This document shows, one piece after another, positions 17,657-26,399 of a DNA stretch of 64,000 nucleotides (its first letter is position 1; each line of letters opens with the position of its first letter). This stretch comes from a virus. Taxonomy: Duplodnaviria > Caudoviricetes. The position numbers were made by a program, and so were the translations under genes. The stretch is from positions 509 through 64,508 of IMG/VR virus record IMGVR_UViG_3300030117_003223; one strand, written 5' to 3'. The notes beneath the pieces were generated by a model, which searched no databases, had not been told where the DNA came from, and was given only the letters and a program-made list of their open reading frames with translations.

Positions 17657-19293
17657 TTACTCCCATAATCTCTCACCACAGGGTTCCACCGTGTTCCATA
17701 TTCATCAACCATCTCACCTATATTTTCATCCTCTAATCCGTCCACGATAAATCCAAATGGTGCCATATCTTGTTCTAATGCGTCTTGTTGTTCTGCCATC
17801 ATCGTCATACGAATATCACTGTCAGTAAGTTCTTTAAAATATGATTGATCTGTCATCCAACTAAAGATAAACATACATGCAACCAAATCATCATTACACC
17901 CTTCATCTGCCTCAAAGGAACTACCTTTAACAATAAATGTGGATAGTTCATTAATGCAGTCATAGTCCTCTACGATAAGTTTGTTGTCCTCAACCATTTG
18001 TTTGAGATTGGAACACCCAATCTTCTTGACTGCCTTAGTTGTTCTCACACCTAACTGTGCGCGACCACCAGAGAACCCACCACCAAGCACCTGTCCCGCC
18101 CGTCCCCGCATGGATGCCATAACAAGGTTGTCATACTCCAAATCAAACTGCATTGCGTTTGCAACTTGTTCACCAATATCGTTCACCTCAATCAATACGA
18201 ATGCCTGATTATATGCCCTTGCAACATCGTATATCTTCTGAGGGAATAGAAGAGGTTTTACTTCATTGTCTCTGTACTTTGCAACTATTTTATAAGGAAC
18301 CTCAGTCACATCAAATACACAGAACGCAGAGTAGTCGTTTGCTGTTCCACGCGAAACATCTGCCGTGAGAACATAAGTATGGTCTTTCTCTGGTCTCACA
18401 TGAATATCAAGTCCAGCGTTAGATTGAGTTGGTTCTCTATAAGTCATCACACGAAGTTTTGCGGGTGTGATAAGGGTATCAATCGAACCAAGAAACTCAC
18501 ACTCAAACTCTGTGTTGAACTGTGACTCTGAGGTATTCTTAATAGTCTCTGCTTTCCACGCCTCATCTCGGCCAGGCACCTCACTCCAGTGAACCTCTAT
18601 CGGCACATAAGAGTTTCTACCCTCCTCTGCATCCACCCATAACTTGTAGAACATGTTCATACCGTGTGGTGTAGAAACAATCATTACTTTTGTTGATTTA
18701 CCAGATGAGATTGTGGGGTATACAGAAGAAAAGAACTGTTCAGCAACGTTGGCTGGGACGTATGCAAATTCATCAAGAAATATGATGTTATAACTACCAC
18801 CGCGAACAGCACTAGCGCTAGTAGATGAAGCGAGTATTTTTGAACCATTTTCTAACTCCAAAGAACCTTTATTCCAACTCATTACTCCTTGTTGCAGCCA
18901 CTTAGGTAAGTGTTCATATGCCAACTGCAATCGACCAAGAAGGTCACGGGCAGTCGCTGCCTTGTTCGCAAGGATTGCCACATTCACCGTAGGGTTGAAC
19001 AAGACATAGTGCAAAAGGTATGAGATAATAGTTGTGGACTTACCAGACTGTCTAGGGAGTTTGCAGATGGTAAAACGATTACTATGAAACGTGCCAACCA
19101 TCTCCTTCTGGAAATCGTACATCTTAAACGGTACAAGTCCCTCGTCAAGAGAAACGATGCGAACATACGTCTGAATAAAATACAGAGGGTCTTTCATACA
19201 CCTCTGATATTCTTGCAGCTCCTCTTTCGTCCACTCCTGTTGAACGTTTGCTCTTTTTAGATTTGGATTTCCTAGATAGACTTGTTCAGTCAT
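17650..19293 (-). CDS. gp17: Terminase large subunit
   Basis: YLGNPNLK, PRQSGKST, IIFLDEFA, STPHG, DVSRG, DDLV. Confidence 0.97.
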   Translation of the reverse strand: MTEQVYLGNPNLKRANVQQEWTKEELQEYQRCMKDPLYFIQTYVRIVSLDEGLVPFKMYDFQKEMVGTFHSNRFTICKLPRQSGKSTTIISYLLHYVLFNPTVNVAILANKAATARDLLGRLQLAYEHLPKWLQQGVMSWNKGSLELENGSKILASSTSASAVRGGSYNIIFLDEFAYVPANVAEQFFSSVYPTISSGKSTKVMIVSTPHGMNMFYKLWVDAEEGRNSYVPIEVHWSEVPGRDEAWKAETIKNTSESQFNTEFECEFLGSIDTLITPAKLRVMTYREPTQSNAGLDIHVRPEKDHTYVLTADVSRGTANDYSAFCVFDVTEVPYKIVAKYRDNEVKPLLFPQKIYDVARAYNQAFVLIEVNDIGEQVANAMQFDLEYDNLVMASMRGRAGQVLGGGFSGGRAQLGVRTTKAVKKIGCSNLKQMVEDNKLIVEDYDCINELSTFIVKGSSFEADEGCNDDLVACMFIFSWMTDQSYFKELTDSDIRMTMMAEQQDALEQDMAPFGFIVDGLEDENIGEMVDEYGTRWNPVVRDYGSNW

Positions 19294-19693
19294 TTTTGTC
19301 CTTCAACATCTTCTGTAGTTCAGCAGTTGATCCTACAAACAATGCATTGGTTACATTCTTAGGTCCGTGTTCTGGAACCTCTTTGAGTTTTTTCATTTTC
19401 TCTTGAAGCTCACCAAGTTTCTCAGTAACATCAGCAACCTGTTTGATGAGGTTTCCGGCGACCTCATACGCTCGTGGATGTTCCGATTCTTTGGCGAGTT
19501 CCAGTATTCCTTCCACTGCATCCGTTCCTCTTTCGACCAGATTGTAGAAGTTTCGTCGTTGGTATTCATAGTCATTATCAATGTCCTCACCATTACTAGG
19601 TACAACGATTTCTTTTTTTTCTACAGAAATCTCTTGTGGCACAACCCTGTCAATAACTCCAAGTGCCTTTTCAATTTCAACTTCTTTACTCAT
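19286..19693 (-). CDS. gp16: Terminase small subunit
   Basis: DYEYQR.N, HPRAYEVAG.LIK, NALFVGSTAELQKML; start corrected to MSKEV at 19693. Confidence 0.92.
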   Translation of the reverse strand: MSKEVEIEKALGVIDRVVPQEISVEKKEIVVPSNGEDIDNDYEYQRRNFYNLVERGTDAVEGILELAKESEHPRAYEVAGNLIKQVADVTEKLGELQEKMKKLKEVPEHGPKNVTNALFVGSTAELQKMLKDKND

Positions 19694-20486
19694 CACTTCC
19701 TGTTTCAGAGTTAAATTCTTTAGCATCTTGGAAGAACGATACCGTCTCACTGAAACCAAAATCATCATCAGCGTCTGCTGTTGTTGGATTTGGTGTGACA
19801 CTATACCTCTGCTCTCTTCTAGGTGATTGATCAGGTAGGTCTGTGTATTGGTCAACCTGTACCGTCTTAATAACCTTACTAGATGTAACAGGACCGTACA
19901 GATAGAACTTCGCAGTAAAAGAGAGTGTATAGATAATAGCTCTACGACTTGCAAAGTCTCCCTGATAATCATCCTCATATGCGATACTATTTAAAATAAC
20001 AGGGACATCTCTCTTTACTCCCATATCAGTATTGTCATTGATTGTAACTGTATAATCAGGTTGGAAGTATGGTAGAATCTGCTCTACAATCTGTAAAGCA
20101 TCATCCGATTGTTTTGACAGGATATAAAGTTCAAAGTCTATATTGTAAGGCACAGGCATGTACTGTGTGTCTAACTGACTTGCCTTTGCACCCTTAACTT
20201 TTTTAAACTTTTGCACACGTTGAAGTTTTCTTGTTGGGTCATAAGATAACCCAGCAATTTCAAACCCGATACGGGGAAGTGTTACCGCCGTCTGTTTAGA
20301 AAGGTCTGGGTCATCTGCAAGACGCACAAGATACTTTTGTCTTGGTCCATATGCGAGGGGAACCTTCATTGACTGTTGAATAACACCACTGTTGTCCTTA
20401 CGAACAAGATGTATATCATTAAATAGCGTTCCGAATGCAACGACTATTTTTCTAGTTGTTTCGTGATAAAATTGTTGTCCTAACAT
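19686..20486 (-). CDS. gp15: Tail sheath stabilizer / terminator
   Basis: FYHETTRKIVVAFGTLFN, VPLAYGP, QIVEQILPYFQP. Confidence 0.95.
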   Translation of the reverse strand: MLGQQFYHETTRKIVVAFGTLFNDIHLVRKDNSGVIQQSMKVPLAYGPRQKYLVRLADDPDLSKQTAVTLPRIGFEIAGLSYDPTRKLQRVQKFKKVKGAKASQLDTQYMPVPYNIDFELYILSKQSDDALQIVEQILPYFQPDYTVTINDNTDMGVKRDVPVILNSIAYEDDYQGDFASRRAIIYTLSFTAKFYLYGPVTSSKVIKTVQVDQYTDLPDQSPRREQRYSVTPNPTTADADDDFGFSETVSFFQDAKEFNSETGSDE

Positions 20487-21511
20487 TACGATGGTTCTCC
20501 CGCGTCACCGAATGGGTTTGATTCACTGAAGTCAAGAATTGTATCGTCCAGTTGCTCAAACAGTTCGTTTTGATTGACCTTATCTGTCGATTGGTCACCT
20601 ACTATATATTCCTCATTTATAAGGTAAGATTCGTCATGTTCATCCGCCGGATTCTCAAGAAGAATAGACTCACCACCTGGCGTTTCATCCTCACCAATGA
20701 GATTGTCACCAGCATCTGTTCCGTCACTATCTGTTCTATCAAGAAGTAATAGACCCCTACCTTCACTCGTTGTATGGTCAATGCTAATATTTTGATTAAT
20801 CGTAGTGGTTGCACTTTGTTCAAGTGTAAACTGATAAGTCAGCGCATCAAGTGATTCTGCATCCTCAATCGCATCAATAGCAGCGATACCTGTGTCAAGA
20901 ACTTCAGAACCATATTCAAAGAGACGACACTGCATTTTATATACAGGATTATTGTCTAACTGATGAAACGGTTCATCATGATCTACAAAATTAATTTCAA
21001 ATAGTTTGCCAAGTGTGGGGTGGTATATCGCATCCCCCTCTTGTGGTCTATCTGAATCAGTTGCATCTGTCTCGTTTATAATATAGAATGTCTCTCCCTC
21101 TAGTTTAGAGGATGAGTCCAAAGTTCCCGACTCTAACAGAATAGAACCAGAAGACGTTGTATCTGTTGCAGTTTCAATCTGAATTTGTTTTGTCTTATCT
21201 TGAAATCTTTTCTTACTAACAACAAACGTTGCCTCGCTTAGATTCTGTAGTCCAAACTGAGTCATCAGTTCTCTTTCACCAGCGTATCCACCTCCAGAGT
21301 TTTCCACATACATCTCAATCTTTGCCTGAGTGTTGAATTTAGACAGAGAGTCTTCACCAAAGAAATTATCCTCTGCGACAAGTGTGCGGTCAAGATAGAA
21401 AACATCATGACCATGAATCTGTATTGCCTCTGCAACTAAATCTGCATAGAGGTTTTGCTCTGATGTAATCGCTGCAACACCACTAGTGTGGAAATGTTTA
21501 TTGACTGCCAT
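20486..21511 (-). CDS. gp14: Neck protein with acidic insertions
   Basis: EQNL..DLVAEAIQIHG, RPQEGD.IY, LFEYGSE, DFSESNPFG. Confidence 0.92.
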   Translation of the reverse strand: MAVNKHFHTSGVAAITSEQNLYADLVAEAIQIHGHDVFYLDRTLVAEDNFFGEDSLSKFNTQAKIEMYVENSGGGYAGERELMTQFGLQNLSEATFVVSKKRFQDKTKQIQIETATDTTSSGSILLESGTLDSSSKLEGETFYIINETDATDSDRPQEGDAIYHPTLGKLFEINFVDHDEPFHQLDNNPVYKMQCRLFEYGSEVLDTGIAAIDAIEDAESLDALTYQFTLEQSATTTINQNISIDHTTSEGRGLLLLDRTDSDGTDAGDNLIGEDETPGGESILLENPADEHDESYLINEEYIVGDQSTDKVNQNELFEQLDDTILDFSESNPFGDAGEPS

Positions 21512-21515
21512 ATGA

Positions 21516-22340
21516 TTATCCCATCATATAGTTGACTGGCAACTCAAAAGCAAGTTGAATCTGTTCTTCTAGTCTAGTCAACTCCTCTTGAGCTTGTGAG
21601 TATATCTCACTACCGTTCATGGTGACACCACCTAGCATCTCTACTCCACTAAACTTAGACAGGTTTGCTCCCCACTGTCTCTTAATAAGTGCGGTTGCAT
21701 ATCTTTTCAGATACATGTCATTAAATATATCTGTGTAAGTAGTTGGGTCTAACTTTCTATAACACTCAATAATAATGTAGTCCTCTCCTGCCGTGAAATC
21801 ATTCTCCCAATCAGCGTCGATATATAATCTTTCTTGGTGTTGACTAAATCGAATGGGAGTCTCACCTACAAGAATGTGTTCCAGAAAGTCTAGGTTGTCC
21901 ATCGCCATCTGATATTGTATAACAGAAGTAGATGATAGGTCAAATAAGTCATTGAGACGTAACTGATAACGAACATCAAACATATTTGATGAACCACCAC
22001 CAGTATCCGTAAAAGGAAAGACTTGCACAACAGATAACACTGTGCTTGGAACGGGTATCCAGTTCTTACCCTCCAACCAATCAGCAGTCGTTGTTCCGTC
22101 TCCAACATCTGTTACTGAAGTTGTTATGTTTGCTCTCGCCCGAGTAACATCTGCCTCTGTGACCAGATGTTTGAGATACATTCTCTCGTACCCATCATAG
22201 TGATACTCTGCGAAATACTGAAGTGCCTCATCAATCCGGTCATCAACTTGGTCATCTGAGACGTTAATATCAATAACACCAGAACCTAAAGAGCGCAGAC
22301 AATAGTTTTTAAATGTTGTTCTTGTGGTAGGTGTGGCCAT
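21516..22340 (-). CDS. gp13: Neck protein
   Basis: YCLRSLG..VIDINV, YATALIKRQWGANLSKF, GGVTMNG. Confidence 0.95.
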   Translation of the reverse strand: MATPTTRTTFKNYCLRSLGSGVIDINVSDDQVDDRIDEALQYFAEYHYDGYERMYLKHLVTEADVTRARANITTSVTDVGDGTTTADWLEGKNWIPVPSTVLSVVQVFPFTDTGGGSSNMFDVRYQLRLNDLFDLSSTSVIQYQMAMDNLDFLEHILVGETPIRFSQHQERLYIDADWENDFTAGEDYIIIECYRKLDPTTYTDIFNDMYLKRYATALIKRQWGANLSKFSGVEMLGGVTMNGSEIYSQAQEELTRLEEQIQLAFELPVNYMMG

Positions 22341-22358
22341 AAAACTCCCCTTTATCTA

Positions 22359-22366
22359 TATTTATA
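22359..22366 (-). promoter_or_regulatory. T4-type late promoter for gp13-gp17
   Basis: TATAAATA, GGGGAG RBS downstream. Confidence 0.75.
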
Positions 22367-22387
22367 AGTTTCTGACCGCAAGGTTGT

Positions 22388-22564
22388 CTATTGTCTGTTT
22401 TTCCAAAAATGTGTTCCATAATAATGTTCTTTAGTATAGACGGTTTTTCTATTATATCCTTGATTTGCCTTATAGATTTTTGTGCCATCATCATCGTATT
22501 CCCAAACCCTCTCTTCAGGATTATGACTCTGAATTGGTCCCTCTTTTTCGTCATCCATCATCAT
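22388..22564 (-). CDS. Small hypothetical protein (about 57 aa)
   Basis: Manual translation M(M)MDDEKEGPIQSHNPEERVWEYDDDG...HFWKNRQ with AAGGAG RBS; below track cut-off. Confidence 0.6.
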   Translation of the reverse strand: MMMDDEKEGPIQSHNPEERVWEYDDDGTKIYKANQGYNRKTVYTKEHYYGTHFWKNRQ

Positions 22565-22715
22565 CTCCTTTTAGTATTTCTTCAGAGGCTTTCACCCACA
22601 CCTGTACACCCTCATTGTCTTGATAGAGGGGATGATTTTTAAAATTATCTATAACCCACTGACACTGGTCTAAACTTTTACCATGATATGTAAGACAATC
22701 TTTTACAGTTAACAT
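22551..22715 (-). CDS. Small hypothetical protein (54 aa)
   Basis: Manual translation MLTVKDCLTYHGKSLDQC...KGDDDG; fills the gap after the GNAT gene. Confidence 0.55.
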   Translation of the reverse strand: MLTVKDCLTYHGKSLDQCQWVIDNFKNHPLYQDNEGVQVWVKASEEILKGDDDG

Positions 22716-22717
22716 AA

Positions 22718-23158
22718 TTATTTCCTCATTTCTCTTATTACACCAATGTGATTATCTTTCTCATCACCGATTGTTGTAAATCCAAGATTTTGTGCCCAGT
22801 TTAATTTATTTATTTTTAACCAACCAAACATTGACATATGGTCAGACCAATCTTGATTAAAAGATTCTTCAAGTAAGCACCAACCAAGGTTTTTATTACG
22901 CCACTCTTTTCGTATATTTATCGTTCTGAATCTAACCACTGCTGAGTTCCACTCAACTAATTGAGTTGCTCCAATCATAGATTCTTCATTAAATAAACCA
23001 TAGCACTTATATCTAGGATTGTCTATACTTTTAAATGGACCTAATTTTTTTATGATGGGTTTATAGATTTTATTTAAATCTTCAAAGTGATCGACCTCTT
23101 TCCAATATTCTACAAGTCGTTCAAATGAAATCTCCCTCCGCACACAACCTACAATCAT
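22718..23158 (-). CDS. GNAT-family acetyltransferase
   Basis: INIRKEWRNKNLG (acetyl-CoA motif A), LGF near C-terminus. Confidence 0.75.
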   Translation of the reverse strand: MIVGCVRREISFERLVEYWKEVDHFEDLNKIYKPIIKKLGPFKSIDNPRYKCYGLFNEESMIGATQLVEWNSAVVRFRTINIRKEWRNKNLGWCLLEESFNQDWSDHMSMFGWLKINKLNWAQNLGFTTIGDEKDNHIGVIREMRK

Positions 23159-23173
23159 GTGACTATATATAAC

Positions 23174-23794
23174 ATGAGAATAGGTATGGTGTCTACATCA
23201 CGGTCAGGATGCACGTATGTTCGTCGTTATATATGTAACAGGTACAATCTTATAGACTCTGGGTCTTGGTTAAAAAATAACTCTTACGATGACATTGAAC
23301 TTGAAGAATGGATAGGTTGGCCTCACGTATTAAAAGTTCTCATTCACTACATCCCACTCCAAGAAAGAAAAGGTGTATTGTGCGACTTCGATAGGATTTG
23401 GTTGTGGAGGGGGGACACAGTTCGACAGTTTCTTAGTCAGATAACCAGACTTAAAACTGGTGTGAACCATGTATATGATGACAAAGACATACCTATCATT
23501 GGTGATAAAACTCTAGTTGCTGAAAGGTCTCAGTTTGATAAATTTATGCTCAGACAAAAAGAGTTCTGGGATTTGTACTATGAGTTAGGGTTTCCAAAAA
23601 ATGACCCGCTGATACGATTTGAGGATTTTGTAGAGAACCCAAAAAAAGTGTGCAAGATGTTAGAGGATTGGTTTTATATGGAGTTCTCATGTGGTCCTGA
23701 GTTAAACGACCAAGCACTACCAAGAAAAATTGACATAGACTATTCAACAAAATACGTTAACTATGAAGAAGTTTTGGAGTGGTTTGGTGAGTGA
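23174..23794 (+). CDS. Sulfotransferase-like protein (Stf0/P-loop type)
   Basis: STSRSGCTY, LWRGDTVRQFLS, IRFEDF, NYEEV. Confidence 0.65.
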   Translation: MRIGMVSTSRSGCTYVRRYICNRYNLIDSGSWLKNNSYDDIELEEWIGWPHVLKVLIHYIPLQERKGVLCDFDRIWLWRGDTVRQFLSQITRLKTGVNHVYDDKDIPIIGDKTLVAERSQFDKFMLRQKEFWDLYYELGFPKNDPLIRFEDFVENPKKVCKMLEDWFYMEFSCGPELNDQALPRKIDIDYSTKYVNYEEVLEWFGE

Positions 23795-24548
23795 CTTTTG
23801 CATATCATGTGTTACACGTTCTGGTTCTTATTGGATTATGGAATACATGTGTAGAGTGTTTGGACTCGTTGAGGGTAATGAATGGTTTGGTAGAAATAAA
23901 GAGGTTGACCTATCAAAACCATTTGAGTTAAAACAAAAAAGAATACCTATAGACTTCAATGTTAATGAAGACTTGATACGTGACAAAGATATGCAAGACC
24001 GATTAACTCACTTGCAAAACTTTCCTGTTCCTTTTTGCATAAAGGCAATGCCGCCACAGTTTACAAATACAGTGGAGTCTGTAAACCTACCTACCCGTGA
24101 CAAAATTAAAATAGCACAAGATATTCTGAGTAACTTTGACCTTATCTACTTCGTGAATGAGGACAAGGTGTCACACTTTTGTTACGAGATAACTGCAAAA
24201 CTTTGTAGCTCTAAAGGATATCCAAGACAAAGAGAATACTCAATATACAATCCAGATGAAAGAGTTGACCCTCCACCAAACTCATTCACTGCAACACAAA
24301 AAGACTTTGATATGTTTGCTACGAGAGACGCATTTACAGATACGGTCATGGATAAGTTTGATTGCCCTGTCGTAACCTATCAGGATTTTGTAGAGGACCA
24401 AGACCGTGAGATGAAAAGGATTGCTGACCATTATAATATCGTGGGTGACTATTCAGATAAATACAAGAAACCTATACTTTTAAATCCAGACTACTCTAAC
24501 ATTTTTACAAACTACGATGAGATATGTAAATGGTTTATGACTTATTAG
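23787..24548 (+). CDS. Sulfotransferase-like paralog
   Basis: CVTRSGSYW, NEWF, VTYQDF, NYDEI; probable GTG start after GGAG. Confidence 0.6.
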   Translation: MSDFCISCVTRSGSYWIMEYMCRVFGLVEGNEWFGRNKEVDLSKPFELKQKRIPIDFNVNEDLIRDKDMQDRLTHLQNFPVPFCIKAMPPQFTNTVESVNLPTRDKIKIAQDILSNFDLIYFVNEDKVSHFCYEITAKLCSSKGYPRQREYSIYNPDERVDPPPNSFTATQKDFDMFATRDAFTDTVMDKFDCPVVTYQDFVEDQDREMKRIADHYNIVGDYSDKYKKPILLNPDYSNIFTNYDEICKWFMTY

Positions 24549-25099
24549 AAATGATGGAAGGTGTTTGGGTTGATGGTGAAACACTTACCAGAGAAAACTA
24601 TGGAGAGAATTTCATCAGTCAACTTGCAGACCTAATATCTGAGGTGCATACAACAGATGTCCCAACAAAAAAAACTATTGATATAGAAGGTCTGGTTAGT
24701 GGACTAAGGTTAGTTGATAATTTTGTATATGATTGTATCATAGACTGGCATACAACCCTCCGACCTAATCTAAATCAATCTGTATTCCTACACGGGGACA
24801 TATGGGCAGAAAACGTGATAGTAGAAGATGGAAATCTACAAGGACTAATTGATTGGGAACACTGTGCGTATGGTGATCCACATTGGGACTTTAGAATGAT
24901 ACGTCGATGGATAGGGTGGGATGGTCTTGACAGACTTCTATTCCTATACAATGCAAGCACAGGACATAATTGCAAAAGGGAGTATGTTGAGATGCTAGAC
25001 AAAATATCACTATGCAACTCTAGACAAATACGGGGATTTAAGAAAACTGTATTTGATGGTTATATTGAGAACTGGCCTATGCCCAACCAATACCCCTAA
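24530..25099 (+). CDS. APH/choline-kinase-family phosphotransferase (C-lobe only)
   Basis: LHGDIWAENV, IDWE, GDPHWDF. Confidence 0.75.
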   Translation: MVYDLLEMMEGVWVDGETLTRENYGENFISQLADLISEVHTTDVPTKKTIDIEGLVSGLRLVDNFVYDCIIDWHTTLRPNLNQSVFLHGDIWAENVIVEDGNLQGLIDWEHCAYGDPHWDFRMIRRWIGWDGLDRLLFLYNASTGHNCKREYVEMLDKISLCNSRQIRGFKKTVFDGYIENWPMPNQYP

Positions 25100-25400
25100 C
25101 AGGATGGTCTGGTCTTACTCTTATAAACCCTTTACTGACTTCATATGCATCTCTCGCATGTCTGTATTCTATGCAAGTTGCATCATAAAACCACTCATCA
25201 GCAGATTCTACTGAATCCCACGTAATCGTGTGCTTCATAGTTAAATCATCAGGACTTAAATTTTTAGTGCTCTCTAAAATTTTACCTGTGTCCACGTATT
25301 CTTTTTTAACGTAAGTTTGATACTCACTTGTAGGGGTATACCAATCATTTTCATCATCAGGTCTAATTATTATAGATAATGTCTGAAAATTATTCGTCAT
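25077..25400 (-). CDS. Hypothetical protein, paralog family A (possible ABM/EthD-like fold)
   Basis: Similar to the next two ORFs (RP..., DWYTPT, S.D.LTM.HT.TWDS). Confidence 0.7.
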   Translation of the reverse strand: MTNNFQTLSIIIRPDDENDWYTPTSEYQTYVKKEYVDTGKILESTKNLSPDDLTMKHTITWDSVESADEWFYDATCIEYRHARDAYEVSKGFIRVRPDHPVRGIGWA

Positions 25401-25723
25401 TCCTCTTGCTCTCCACGAGGGTCAATTCTTATAAATCCGTTAGTGTTTTCGTATTCTTTTCTAGCGGTTATGTGAGCGGTGCAAACTGAATCATTATACC
25501 ATTCCGTAACTGAGTCTGATGAGTCCCATGTAACCGTATGTGTCATCGTTAACCCATCAGCACTTACAGTTTTAGAATTGTCTATCATTTTATTCGTGTC
25601 TATATAATTATTTGTCATGTGAGTTAGGAATGCATCTGTAGGAGTGTACCAATCAGTAAGCACACTATCCGGTGAATTTTCAGCAGTGGGTCTAGTTATT
25701 GTTGATACTGTTTGATAACTCAT
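25397..25723 (-). CDS. Hypothetical protein, paralog family A
   Basis: TITRP, DWYTPT, SADGLTMTHTVTWDS. Confidence 0.7.
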   Translation of the reverse strand: MSYQTVSTITRPTAENSPDSVLTDWYTPTDAFLTHMTNNYIDTNKMIDNSKTVSADGLTMTHTVTWDSSDSVTEWYNDSVCTAHITARKEYENTNGFIRIDPRGEQEE

Positions 25724-25748
25724 TTACTATCTCTCTTTCTATACTTTA

Positions 25749-26375
25749 TTAAAGTCTTACGATGGAGGCTTCATCACTGAACTGCCAATCATGAGTCCCT
25801 TCGTCGCTGACCACATCATCGCCACTATCCTCTAAAATAATATTGTCACCAGCATCAGAACCATCGGCTGCAGAACGGTCCATGACAATGTAATCGTCTT
25901 CAATCCAACTCCATACCTTATCTTCTCTGTGCTCAATCCTATGTGTCGTGCAATTACCAGCACCCCCGCCAGGTCTACCGTTGGCTATGTTATCGTAATA
26001 CGCTCTATAAGCGTTCACCATTGCAACGTGAACTGAATCTGGATCCCATTCTTCTAATCCCGCATTAGTAAAATGATTAAGTATTGTTAACGTTAAACCA
26101 TCATCACTCTCTGTTTCTATGCCATAAAGTGAACGCCTATCAGTGTTAGATGGGTCACCATATAACTTTCCACCTGTTTCACTCTTTAGATTGTCTCCAG
26201 CGTCGGAGGAACTACCATCTGTTCCATCTAATAACAAATCGTCACCATCCTCTAAGACCATAGTATATTCATCTATAAAATTAGCCTTTAAATAATTGTA
26301 GTGTTCAGTAGACATCTCATGCCAAGGAATATCTGTGTTAGGTCTAGTGAGAGTTATTGTTGTTGTTCGCATCAC
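25749..26375 (-). CDS. Paralog family A protein with two DAGDN acidic insertions
   Basis: TLTRPNTDIPW, SDDGLTLT, plus LLLDGTDGSSSDAGDNL and IVMDRSAADGSDAGDNIILED. Confidence 0.7.
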   Translation of the reverse strand: MMRTTTITLTRPNTDIPWHEMSTEHYNYLKANFIDEYTMVLEDGDDLLLDGTDGSSSDAGDNLKSETGGKLYGDPSNTDRRSLYGIETESDDGLTLTILNHFTNAGLEEWDPDSVHVAMVNAYRAYYDNIANGRPGGGAGNCTTHRIEHREDKVWSWIEDDYIVMDRSAADGSDAGDNIILEDSGDDVVSDEGTHDWQFSDEASIVRL

Positions 26376-26390
26376 TGATCTCCTTTTTAT

Positions 26391-26398
26391 TATTTATA
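26391..26398 (-). promoter_or_regulatory. T4-type late promoter for family A genes
   Basis: TATAAATA followed by AAGGAG. Confidence 0.75.
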
Positions 26399-26399
26399 A

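Noticed and set aside
19694-19978. N-terminal extension of gp16 in the track
   Set aside because: Overlaps gp15 out of frame; gp16-like sequence starts at ATG 19693.
22309-22554. 81-aa minus-strand track ORF
   Set aside because: Overlaps the gp13 promoter and start; the frame 22388..22564 has a clear RBS and fits the gap.
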